Shown piece after piece: positions 28,001 through 40,600 of a stretch of DNA of 64,000 bases. The first letter of the stretch is position 1; every line of letters starts with the position of its first letter. Source of the DNA: Lytechinus pictus (taxonomy: Eukaryota); assembly GCF_037042905.1 (NCBI RefSeq), contig NC_087252.1, positions 6,884,001 through 6,948,000 of the forward strand, in the 5' to 3' direction. Position numbers and translations under genes: made by a program. A model generated the notes under the pieces. The model was not told the DNA's origin, made no database searches, and worked only from the letters and a program-made list of their open reading frames with translations.

Positions 28001-31000
28001 TTAGGTTTAAGGAGAGTATGGCTGCCGAAAATATTTCTGATGATATGGTTGTACAGAGTTGCAACCCTAATTGCGAAAACGATTTTCTACTGTATCTTGG
28101 ACCGGTCAAGTTTTCAAGTCTGACTTAAAGGGTCCATTTCAGCTTAAAGGGCGATTTTTATTTAAAAATTCAACTGCCTTCCTTTCTCCTCTTATGCCCC
28201 TTTTTTGTTAAGGAATCTCATAAAAATACCTTCTTAGATGCAAGGAACTGCATCCCTTTAGCAACCTGCCAAGCCAAGTAAAGTAGGGTACCCTCATCAA
28301 TACGAACACCGCTTGGTTTGAGATTGCTGTACGTAGGTTGAGATTGCACCCCTGAAGTCTGTAGATGGGTAAGGAGTGTACCCCCTGAGATGAACTCATA
28401 CAGAATACTACCTGCATGCGTGAATACACATCAAAAACTGTGGTGTTAACCGGTATACATAGATGACCACACCAGTTATTTTACACCGGTGTTGAATCGG
28501 TGGTGTTAGTTTTACACCTAGAGGTGTCATTACAACACCTTTGGTTGTTACATTTACACGCTATGGTGTTATTTTTTATCTTTAGGGTGTAATCTTAACA
28601 CCTCGGGGTGTGGTCCTCTATTAACACCAACTGGTGTCAGCAGTTTTTACAGTGTAATAAATTGTAATAGAAAGGAAAACTCTGTGACGTCATGTTTAAT
28701 AATTGCATCTTCTTCATTGTAATTTAGGATAAGTATCCTTGAATTATCAAATGGAATGGATAGTTATTGTGTCTTCTCCTTTTGTTTTGGTGTAAGTACC
28801 CCCAACCCCTCCCCCTCTCTGTGTCTCTCACACACACTCTCAATCTCTTCTAGGGGTTTTCACTCATCAGAAGGTGCAATGTGCCATCTTTTAATTGGTA
28901 ACTACCTCTCTCTTGTGTCTCGTCGAGATGCCTTGGATGAGGGAAAGCGGCCAACGAACTCTTTAGCGATTAAAACAAATATTGATATATTTTTGTTGTT
29001 TCCAAGAGAACAAATTATATTCGATATTATATATTTAAGAGGGTTTACGGACCTTGGTCTTTACAATATCCTAGGCATTTGACAATATTTGGTTGATCCG
29101 ATAGCTCGTAAAGTACCTTGATGGCTTGAAGAAATTGTAATGACTTTGTCACGCGATCTAAGATAATGTATAGTACATAATGATATAATGGTATGACCTT
29201 TCATTTTAATATTCCCCTTCCGGAGTGTTTACCCTTGACCAATTTCTGGACAAGCAGAGAAAATATCAACAACAAAAAATTATTATTATTAAAAATGGGG
29301 GCATGTTTTCCCCCCTTTCAGTAACCCCTGCCCCCCTCCTTCTTTGATCCCGGTGAAACTGAATTCAAGTGAAAGGGAAGCCTGTGGCGTCAAAACTATT
29401 TAATTATTTACTTTGGTTTCCAATCTGCTTGTTCAGAATAACATCCTATAACGATGTGGTAATAGCATAAATAATTGAATTAAAATTTAATTGAGATGAC
29501 AAATTAAACATGACCTTCATATTTGAACTTCTCTCATTGTTTTTAATTATTGTTAACTTTACGAGCTACAAATCATCACCTGGTATTTGCCTAATAGCAA
29601 CGTCGAGATGGTTTTGTTTTGATCGAAGGTCTCCCTTCCATACCTCGCCGAAGTCACCCCGTCCAATCGAGCCAAGTCTGGTGAAGAATGTCACGTTTTC
29701 ACGGGAAATGACGAAGGAGTGGGTAGGACCAAGTCTTAACGTTGAGTATGCTGCATTGTTATAAAACATATATATTTTCGACTAAGTTCATTTAAAATAC
29801 ATGTACTTAAAACACCTAATCCATTATGTCTGATCTTGTGAGATTTGTAGTAAGTGTCTTGGTCAATAATATATTTCCAGAGAATATAAAGTAACTATGG
29901 ATTTGAGATTAAAAAATAGAGGGATACTCCGGGCTGAAAATAAATCATATCTTAAGAAATAGAAAAGAATTCAATGAGCAAAGTGCTGAAAATGTCGTTA
30001 AAATATGATCGCAAATAACTCAATTAGTGAAATTTCAAGTTTAGTAATATTTTGTGAAAACAGTTATATGCACATATTAAGATGGACTGATGATGCCATG
30101 TCCCCACATTTTTTTTTCTTATGTTATTACTTGAAATCATAATTATCTAAAATATTCATGCAAGTTGTAAGATATGTCTCCCTCATGACAAAATAGTTGC
30201 AGTAATGAATATCCGGTTCCATGACAATTGCTCCGCCGACATTTGCTCCGCCGACAATTGCTACGCAAAATAAGACAACTGCTCCGCCGACAATTGCTCC
30301 GGACAGTTGCTCCGCCGACAGTTGCTCCGTCGACACTTGCTCCGCCGATATGTGCTCCGTCGACACTTCGTCCCTTATTTCACGAAGTGACGGATGAGCG
30401 CGCAACTTTTAAAAAGTTAGTTTTGAGTAAATCGCGTTCAAAGGTTTAGACCTCAATCTCAACGTCTTCTACGTATGCAGGGTGAATAAATGTCATATCC
30501 TCGTATTGGGCATATTCTGGACAATATTCAAGTCCAATCATTTGCATTTTACTTAAATATTTAAGAAGATAATGAGCTGTAAGCAGAACCATATTTTCGT
30601 GAAAAAAATATATTACGGTACGCGCTTAGATTTATTTTCACGAAGTGACGGATAGTGCTCCGCGCGCATAACCGTCACTTCGTGAAAATCCGAAATTCAA
30701 GGACGCGCTTCAATTTTGTTTTTACGAAGTGACGGGAAGAAGCTTCGCCTTAGTCCCACGTATAGCCTTGTCGATGCAATTCGATAAATAGGGTCTAGAT
30801 ATACATAATTTCTTTATTTGCTATTGTAAGAAAAATCAATTCCAAATGTCAGATCAATTAGGCCTACATTTACTTCTTTTAATAAAAAAAATCACTTTAA
30901 ATACTTTGATTTCATTTTTCAAGTAATAACAGGAAGACCAATTAACACACGTGTTATACTTATGCCTATTTCATTTCAATATTATCTTCATTTTTGAGAG

Positions 31001-34000
31001 ATGAACTCTGATATAAGGAAAATTCCTAACAGGATATTAATAAAATGACTACAAGAGATACAACACATTTCGTCTTTGTAATTCTATGTTTGAGAAAGGA
31101 CTATTAAGCACTGACTCCGTTGGAGTAGATAATGCGACATTACAAATATTTGTCAGTTTACTAACCTCCCTACCCCCCTGAAAATATGAAATCCCAATGA
31201 AGTTTTTCTTAAATGTTGTTTATAATGTTAAAGGTATTCTCTGTTAAGGCCGAGTTAGCTATTCAAAATTATTCTTTGAGACTTAATTACCTCGAAAATG
31301 GTACAAAACTAAATGTGGAACTAACTTGTCAAAACGGCAACAAGAATTGGTAAATTATGACTGATTGTCACCCCCCCCCCCCCCCAACAACAAAAAATGA
31401 GAAGAATAAGAATTTGTCAAAATAAAGCGAGCAAATGTCGAGTACAACCACTCTTGCTCCCTTTCTTTCTCTCTCTACTCAAGTTTTCCCTTATCAAAAT
31501 AGTCATGTATTCTCTCCTGAACATCATATTAAAATACCTTTATCATGCAAAATAAGAGTTATGACTTTTCATAAATCATTGAAAATACTAACTATATAAA
31601 ATAAATTCCACAAAGTTAGCAATGTAAATAAATTTAGAAGAACTCTTTTAATTTTATAACATATGAAACCATAGCAGCAAGTGACAAATAGACAAGTAAA
31701 ATATATATTTTTTTCATGTCAATCATTATGATAATGGTTATGCTTAATAAATTCATTAAAATATCGATTCCATACAATGTTAACAATGGAAATATATTTT
31801 TAATTCAATAATATATCAGACCATAATCGCTAGTGACAAACACAACGACATTCATAATTATTATAATGAATCTAATATTGCACTGTGAAATGCATAAGAA
31901 GTGAATTATCAGGTACACATTGACAGAATTTTGTCATTTTATATGCTTAACACAATTAGCAATCCTAGTCTGTGAATGCCACATTTTGAAATACAGAATT
32001 GCTAACTAGTACCAAATTCAATAAGTTACTCTACATTCAAAACATTCCAATGTCAAATGAATACATTTTCCATCACAAGAATACTGGAATATAATCAATG
32101 CTAGTGGTGCAGGAAAGTTGTATTCTCTATGTCTATTTGTATTGACATACACATATTCAAGTAAAATGGTATATTTCTTTTCCATCAAAATAGAAGTAAC
32201 ATAATCACTATTACTTATTACATTCACTGCACTTTTTTTTAAGAATGTCATAATTAAATCCTTCGACACAGTTGCCTTGAGAGTTATTTCATCTTTTTAC
32301 ACACTGTCAAGTACTAAAAAGTCTACCAAAGGAAACATGTAAACCTTTGAATAAACAAGTATCAACTAATGAAACTCAAACATGGAAATATAATTTTAAA
32401 TCAATTATTTAACTTCATATCAAACAGGATCATTTATTAACAAATTTATAATCAAAATCCCGAACGACAGCGTCAAAAGCAACAAAAAAATGCAGTAATA
32501 AAAATACGAATGACTAAGTAGATTTGTATTTTTTCCATCATTCTCAAGTTATTGGCTAAATACACTCATCAATACATTTTCCAATCAAACACTTGTTTTT
32601 TTAATAGCAAATTATGGCCCGAGTCCAAAAACAGAAAGATACAGTAAAATACACCTTAGTTCCAACTCTGAAAACTTTACAATAAATTGTCACGATTTTA
32701 GCAAGTAACATCTTTGAATTAGTGGGATCATGTAGAAATGAGTTAAATTCTTACTACAAATATACAGAAAAAACATGTGCTGCAATCTATCTTTAACCTC
32801 AAGCTAATGTAAAATGTCTGCTAAAAATAATCATGTATTATTTCTTTCCTGAATATCATTCATTAGAAAATTCTAGAATAAAATGATGACACATCAACTG
32901 TAAAACTGCATAAACCAGGTGTGAATAAAAGATAAAGAGCTGAAAATGCTGAAGAGTTTTAGGGGATGAAATTGAATGAGCTCTCAAACTATTGTACACA
33001 AAAAGGGATATCAAGCTGAAAATAAAAAACAAAAATAGCAGAAATCAGCTTAAGAATTCTCACACCCCTGATAGACCAAAAAAAATTACCTCATGGAAGG
33101 GGGGGGGGGGGTCTGTATTAACACATCTGGCTTTTGAAAATGAATTCATGAAAACTTAATATGATTTTCACCCTTACTAGTAATATATCCTGTAACAATC
33201 GAGTTTCACAATGCATGTCAGTCTAAATTGTATGGTTATGTTATTATAAGAAAGTATGAAGTATTAATACAATACATTTAAGAACAATAAAGATAGTAAC
33301 ATTCTGTTTTACAAAAATGTAGACATATGCAGGATTTTTTTTTTAGATGGCACCAAGCAAAATGAAAACATGCCAAACAAAATGAATAAAGAAGGGTAAT
33401 TCTTCTGCATCCATATGCGGACGATGTGTATTTATAAGCAATTTAAACATGTGGTAAGGATAGCAGATAAATGACTATTCTGAACTTTATATTTGACTGT
33501 ATATATAAAACATATTTGAAGGAGTTCATAATTATATCACTGTAAGAGCACAGACTAGTTCAAGCAACATGGTTTCTTTATATAATACACTGCTCTAAAA
33601 CTAAACTTATGTTGAAGTCAAAATCACAAGAAAGTTAAAACTGGCATCAGTTACCCAGCTGGAAACTAAAGAAAAAGTTAAGTGAGAGCCTTAAAAGGCC
33701 ATGAGGCAGAGCCAATTCCTTCATACTTTTCACAAGTGTAGACAGAGTTTCATCATCAGAATCGCAGTCAGAGTTCTCAGAAGATGTTTCTAGTTTGGTT
33801 ACTTCAACAATTCCAAACCAGGGCACACTGTTAAAATCCAGTCACTACCAATTCAACTGTCATGTCACCAAATCAGATCACATCTGCGGTGCTCAGGGAA
33901 TTATCAATGACCCACCTGACAAGCATGTTGGCTCCTGGATCCAACCTAAGTATGTAGAATGAAATAATATACAAATCAACTGTTTGTTTTCAAAGTTTTT

Positions 34001-37000
34001 TGTCAATCCAATATCGAATTTGTAGAATTGATAGCAGACTCAATATTTTAAATTGCCCTTTCCAAACAAAACCTGCCCAGTCAGTATGGTACTACAAGAT
34101 TATTAAGAATATATTTTATATACTCTATTTACCACTGATATTTACAGCAAATATTCCAATTAAATGTTTCCAATTTATAAGAAAGTTTCAGCTGAAAATA
34201 TGATTACATGTCAAATTTCAATGCTCTAGGGCAGTACACAATGCACTTGTCAAAATGGAAATAATGTTCTTTTACAACTTAGAAATACACTTGTATCTGC
34301 TAAATGCTAACATATTCCCAAATTAATATTTTCTGGTTATTATAACTTTGAGTCAATATATTTTTATAACTACATTATTTACTAGATTTGCAATTGAAAT
34401 TAATTTTGGTAATGAGTGCAAATGAATGGATGGCTGATACTGACAGGATGTCATGTTGGATTATAACACTATGAAAATTCTCACCTTGAATTGTATTGTT
34501 AAATAGCGAGTGTACTGGTTCCAGGACTTCTCTCATTTGTTCTCTGAAACATTGCTTACTGTATATACTGCATCTGAAAAGAAATGAAAATATCTTCATC
34601 ATGATTATGATCAGAACCGAGGTGCAGTTTATTTATGTAGATTCTTTCATTTTCTGTAAAATGTCATAGAGATAAGGGCGAGGGAGTGGCCACCAAACAA
34701 CAAATTATAAAGCTCTATCTACATTAGATGTAGACTGACTCTTGACTCGAGATGATTTATTTAAAACAGAAATCTCCAGTAATCCTCATTTTAACTAAGG
34801 ACTCAACTTATTTGCACAAATGGGTTGGCCACTAACTTAACTGAATTAATTCATGATCTCAGCATTCTCACTGTCATTTATAGAAATCCCCCCCCCATCC
34901 CCTGGGGAGGGGGGTATCTTTCCATTACATATGTTTGAAAGTACTACTGAATTTAGATGATGAGTTAACTAACACTACAGTAAAGAAGACAATATAATCT
35001 ATGTATTTATTTCAGATTTTTTTGGTGGAAATTTATTGCAAATACTAGGCACTTGTGAAGACAAGTTAGAACATAACGAGTTAACATTGGACTCTTTTGG
35101 AGTCCAATGGCAATGCAATTCGTGTAAATTAATCTAGATCTAGGCCCAAAATAATGCCCCTGTAGATTTTTTAACCAAATCCTCAGCCTTCATTAAATCT
35201 ATTTAGTCTTGATTAATGTTGGGAAAATATTCTTACCCTTTTAGTTTGACTAAACTTAACATTCAAGTTGAATTGAGGACAAAAAAATGACACGCAATAC
35301 TCCATTCAATTTTCACTGACACGAAAATGAATATGTGGGGCAATGTATGGAAAGATTGGACGTTAATTTAAGGATTTTTGCGATCAGAGACGTTTAAAAG
35401 GGTTGAAATTACTCGAAATGACTTAAAGAGCTGCATTAAATTTATTTACTTTCCTACATTTACAAAAAAACTCACCATTTCATGGTCTTCGGCTGTTCCA
35501 GACTGTAAAAATTTGCCTTCCGTCACTTCGTGAAAAAACTCTTGAGTGATGAAGCGTATTCGTTTATTTTCACGAATTGACGGCTGCTTATCCGTCACTT
35601 CGTAAAAACAAGAAATCCTTAATCTGGGTATTTTCGTGTGTGCACTGTTGTCATAGCAACGTAATTAGAAATTTTTGTGATCTGAAACTTGTTGAGGTTC
35701 GAGATATGAATTAAAGATCTCCAAAAATGCAAAAAACTCAAAATTGAAAAAAATGCGATTTTTCTCGTATCCGTCACTTCGTAAAAACAGGGACGACTTG
35801 CTCCGCCTATATTTGCTCCGCCGATATTTGCTCCGCCGACATCTGCTCCGCCGACATCTGCTCCGCCGAAAATTGCTCCGCCGACACTTGCTCCGCCGAT
35901 ATTTGCTCCGCCGACATCTGCTCCGCCGAAAATTGCTCCGCCGACAATTGCTCCGCCGATATTTGCTCCGCCGACATCTGCTCCGATTATACGACAATTG
36001 CTCCGCCGATAATTGCTCCGCCGACATCTGCTCCGCCGTAAATTGCTCCGATAATGCCACAATTATTTATTTATTTTTTTATTCGTACTTTCATACGCAT
36101 AACAATTTTAGCACAGGCTGAAGGCGTCAATTTACCATGGAGCATAGCTCCATGAATTTACAAAGTAAACTTAAACTATGCTTGCATGATATATTACATG
36201 TCATAGGCCTACACAGGGGCCGCGGAACGGTTTTCAAAGTGAGGGCTGAGTCAAAAGTGGGGGGCTGTCCATGCTAAAAATCACAATCATATGGTCATTC
36301 TTACGTTTTTTGTACACGGCTTTGGAAAATTGGGGGGCTAAAGCCCCCCGGCTCCGCGGCCCCTGATACATGCATATAGAAAGAAATAGAAAAAAAAAGG
36401 GTAAGCACAAAGGAGGGATAGATATTCTTAATGCTTATTCATGGTGGGGGGGGGGAGCGTTTGTGTAAGTTTTATTACGTGCTTGGCGATTAAAATGAAA
36501 AAAAAAAACGCGTTTTCATGTAATCATTATAACCATATAGCTCCATGTTATAACAGTAGAAACAAATTAGACATAGGCCTACCCCATTCTTAGCGTCAAA
36601 ATCGCTCAGACTGGCGAAATATGCTCCGAAGTGGAGACATTTGCTCCAGGTGAAATTCAACGGTATACCCCACCTTATTTTGTCGAAAACCTGTACTGTA
36701 GTCACGCAAAATGTTTACTGTCGGCAAATTTTGTGCCATACAAACATGACCAAGACATTCAGTAAGTAAAAATTAATATTCAAGTAAATACCAACTTGTG
36801 AAAGGCTACATGTCGTGTCACCTTCTCGGCACACCCCTCCACTCTGGTTTCCATATCATCTCGTACACACAGTGCTCTCAGTCTGGTCTCAACATCCACA
36901 TCATGTCATACACACCGTAGGTTTTTAGATTATGATAATACTGTATATAATAGTGAGTTGCTTTTTTGTTTTATGTTGATCATGATTGTTTTCTTCACTG

Positions 37001-37585
37001 ATAGAAAAAGGATAATTAATTTTTTTTTAATAATCCAAAAATAAAATCCATATGTTCTGTTTTATATAGTTATTAGTCAAGGTTACTTTAGTTCGCATTA
37101 GTTCTCATTGTTTATACGTTTTAATTCTTATGCATTATTCCGATTGATATTGTAGTTTAAATTTGACTATGTATTGTTACTTTGATTTTGTTGTGCTTTG
37201 TGAACGGAAAGTGAATAAATCTTAATCTAAATCTAAATATGGTCCGCCAATAGTCGAATTATATTCATTATGATGTTATAATGTAAGTAACAATTTGTTG
37301 TTGATGGGGGATATAATTTTACACGTAGTTTCAAAAAATAAAAAAAATCAATCAAACAAGATTTTCTTCTATAAATGATATACCTTCATGTGTATATGGC
37401 CGCCTATGTATTTTCCAAGAATGAACTATATGAGAAGAAAACGTGTGTTCATGTACTTATTATCATTATCATTGTACCACCATTATCATCATCAGCATCT
37501 TCATCATCACCATCATTATCATTGTCGTCGTCGTTTTGCTTATGCGGAAATCAAACAAAAATGATTGTGAAAAGGGTTATGGAGG

Positions 37586-37616
<31 letters not shown>

Positions 37617-40600
37617 GGGGAGTGAGTGAGAGCTTGAGGAAAAAGGGAGGTGTATGACTTATTATTTCTGAATATCGCGATTTCTGTTTATTCATGGGAT
37701 TGTAATAAAAGGATAAACTTAACAAGTTCTCGTTATTATAATTTTTTATTTGATTTACTGATCAGAACATGATATAAATGAAATCATGAAGACTGTACGT
37801 TCTCGACAGTTTTATTGACGTTTTCCAACCAAAACTACACTTTAATGACTGCAAACACCTTCATTTTCACACGCTCGCAACTATGGACACATTATACATG
37901 TAATTGAGAGTAGTGTCATTTTCAAAACCTTTCTTAGCTGCAAGGAATACTGAATCTCATTTCCACAATGTGCATCTGAATGCACAATGCCTGTGTTTCT
38001 AACATGTACCCAAATTACCAAATTTAAAGAACACATGTTAAGATCTAATGAATCAGCAAAATAATCCACATTCTATCATGAGCAGCAGGCATAACAGCCT
38101 ATATACTCTTCAATACTTCAATTACAGTTTGTCGAAAGAAATAACACAAAAAAAATAATATATAGAATTGTAACTCTGGTAAATATATCCAAAATATTAA
38201 ATTAACGCATCGTGCTCTCATTTCTTTTACGAGATATCTCCCCCCCCCCCCCCGAGATATGCTTCATGTTTACAATTTAAAAAAGGCGTATAAATGTCCC
38301 CTTTCCATGTCAATAACAGCTCGTGCTTTGTGCTCGCATTATAAATTCAGTGAGATGCGTATTGGGTTTCATGAATTTGTAACTATATTATTGCTGGTAT
38401 ATATATTATTGTCTTTTAAAAATAACATTATTTGTTTAGACGTAATGAGAGAGATACATACATATATTCATTTATTATAATATATTTATATTGTCGCTAT
38501 TGCACAGAATAGAACAAAAATACAACCGAAGTCTATTTTTATAGTAACTCACCAGTAGCGTAATGAGCCAACAACAAAAAATGGAGGGGGCGAGACAAGG
38601 ATGACATTTATTTTCCTTTCCTTTATTCTTGTTTTTTCATTGGTGGGGAGAATGGGGGGATCCGTGACCCCTAGCACGCCCCTCCCCCATCTGTACGCAA
38701 GTGATGATCATACTTTCGTTTGAACCAAATTGAAGGAAAAAAAGTGCAAGGGTAGATAAGGCCGAAGACGTAAATAAAAATTATTGATAAAAATATTAAT
38801 AATTATAATACTGATAAATATACAATAAATCAAGCGGTCACCAATAAAAATAAACAACGTGAAAGAACAAAACGAGAAAGAGAGAGAGAGAGAGAGCCCG
38901 CGCGAATGTATGGTGTATAAGTTGCTGGAAAGCAGAGGAGATATTGTGTCCAGCACCCCCCCCCCCTCCCCAAATTCTCTCCCCGCTCAAGACCGGAGTG
39001 AAACCAATGATAATAATATATGAACAAAAATCCAGATTCACAATTTCAATGGGGAGTGTGTCATTCCCCTTCTCCGTTACAATTTGTCAAGTGGCAGCGG
39101 CAGGGAGAACAATTTGTTTTGTTTTTTTAAGCAGAAAGCTGTGATGATAGGGGGAGAATAAAATAAATAAAACATTAACGAATAACAAGAACAAAACAAC
39201 GACAAAACAATTTGTATCAGGATGAATTTCTTATCATTTAACATAGACCAACTTGGAGAAATAAGATGTTCATGCAATTGTCGTATAATCGGAGCAGATG
39301 TCGGCGGAGCAAATATCGGCGGAGCAATTTTCGTATAATCGGAGCAATTTTCGGCGGAGCAAATATCGGCGGAGCAATTGTCGCGGAGCAATTGTCGTAT
39401 AATCGGAGCAGATGTCGGCGGAGCAATTTTCGGCGGAGCAGATGTCGGCGGAGCAGATGTCGGCGGAGCAGATGTCGGCGGAGCACATGTCGGCGGAGCA
39501 AATATCGGCGGAGCAAATATCGGCGGAGCAAGTGTCGACGGAGCACATATCGGCGGAGCAAGTGTCGACGGAGCAACTGTCGGCGGAGCAATTGTCCGGA
39601 GCAATTGTCGGCGGAGCAACTGTCTTATTTTGCGTAGCAATTGTCGGCGGAGCAGATGTCGGCGGAGCAATTGTCGGGTCACCGAATATCCAATACGTGA
39701 AACCAGTTGTCAATTGAAATATTCTTTATTGTAGGAGGTGAACATTTTAATGAACATTATTGCATATAATAAAATACTAAGTTACAAGTGGGAATAACAA
39801 AATCATCAATTAACCCACTGAATATTCATGAAGAAATGCAAAAAAAAAAAATTTATAGTGATATAATACAAATCTTTAAAATGTCATAACCTTTTTCCCC
39901 TTCATAGAATTGGTAATGCTTTGTTTGATTTTCCTTTATCTATTGAAATAATATTATTTTCCGCCTGGAGTACCCGTTTAATAGTAGTGGTATACATCTT
40001 ATATAGAGTTCCCTCGCACCACTTAGAATAAAGATAAGGTAAACACCTGCTGATGCTTCAAATATAATTTTCACTTATCCTTTTTATGTACTTTTGACCT
40101 ATCGCCATAGAGACCTAATTGTGAATTATCAGGATGATAACGACATAGTATGAATGAGGTACTTTTTTTAAACAGAACATTAAATCAAAGTAGTTGTATG
40201 AATGCATAATGTTTAATAGAAAAAAAAATGTTGACAATAAAATACACGTTTATTTGAATAAATAATATTTAGATGGAGTTTAAGATTTAATGATACACAG
40301 CTAATATGCAGAATCAATAGAAAAGTTAGAAAATTTCCTTCTTAAGTAACTTCTAACCTCGATTCCCACTTTGAATCATCTCATAAGCCACGTTATCATT
40401 CACCTCCTGTGGTATATTTATTTCATTGCTGTAAAAAATATATAAATTGAATAGAGTTTATTTTATCTCATGAGAAATTATATTTTTTTGTTTACATCCA
40501 CTCAAAGGCATTTCATGGCACATATATATCAGCAACAATCACAATGAGGGAAGTGTTATATTATTCAATGAGTATTACCCATTATTAAAGCGTTCCTAAG

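Larger units (their letters stand above)
30215..39683. mobile_element. TU/foldback-like element: inverted arms of 15-bp tandem repeats, 8-bp TSD
   Basis: Arms of (TGCTCCGCCGACA.T)n at 30215-30368 plus 35796-36055 and inverted at 39275-39683 with the same order of variants; TSD GAATATCC at 30207-30214 and 39684-39691. Confidence 0.9.
29919..39977. mobile_element. TTAA-type MITE split by the foldback insertion (halves 29919-30214 and 39684-39977)
   Basis: GAGGGATACTCCGGGCTGAAAA vs reverse complement of right end TTAAACGGGTACTCCAGGCGGAAAA. Confidence 0.7.

Noticed and set aside
27300..29750. Assigning a gene symbol (FGFR, RET, TIE, PTK7)
   Set aside because: Kinase is RTK-like but ectodomain and motifs match none convincingly; needs phylogeny.
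29816..29857. Possible 42-nt phase 1-1 micro-exon (DTYYKSHKIRHNGL)
   Set aside because: Weak AAG acceptor and gtgttt donor and only a 65-nt following intron; cannot be supported without cDNA.
35619..39734. Long repetitive ORFs (GGADV, LLRRH, SAEQ, APPT)
   Set aside because: Translations of the 15-bp foldback arm repeats, open in most frames on both strands.
40047..40114. Possible extra juxtamembrane exon (GLYGDRSKVHKKDK*)
   Set aside because: In-frame stop, wrong exit phase and weak donor; left out of the model.
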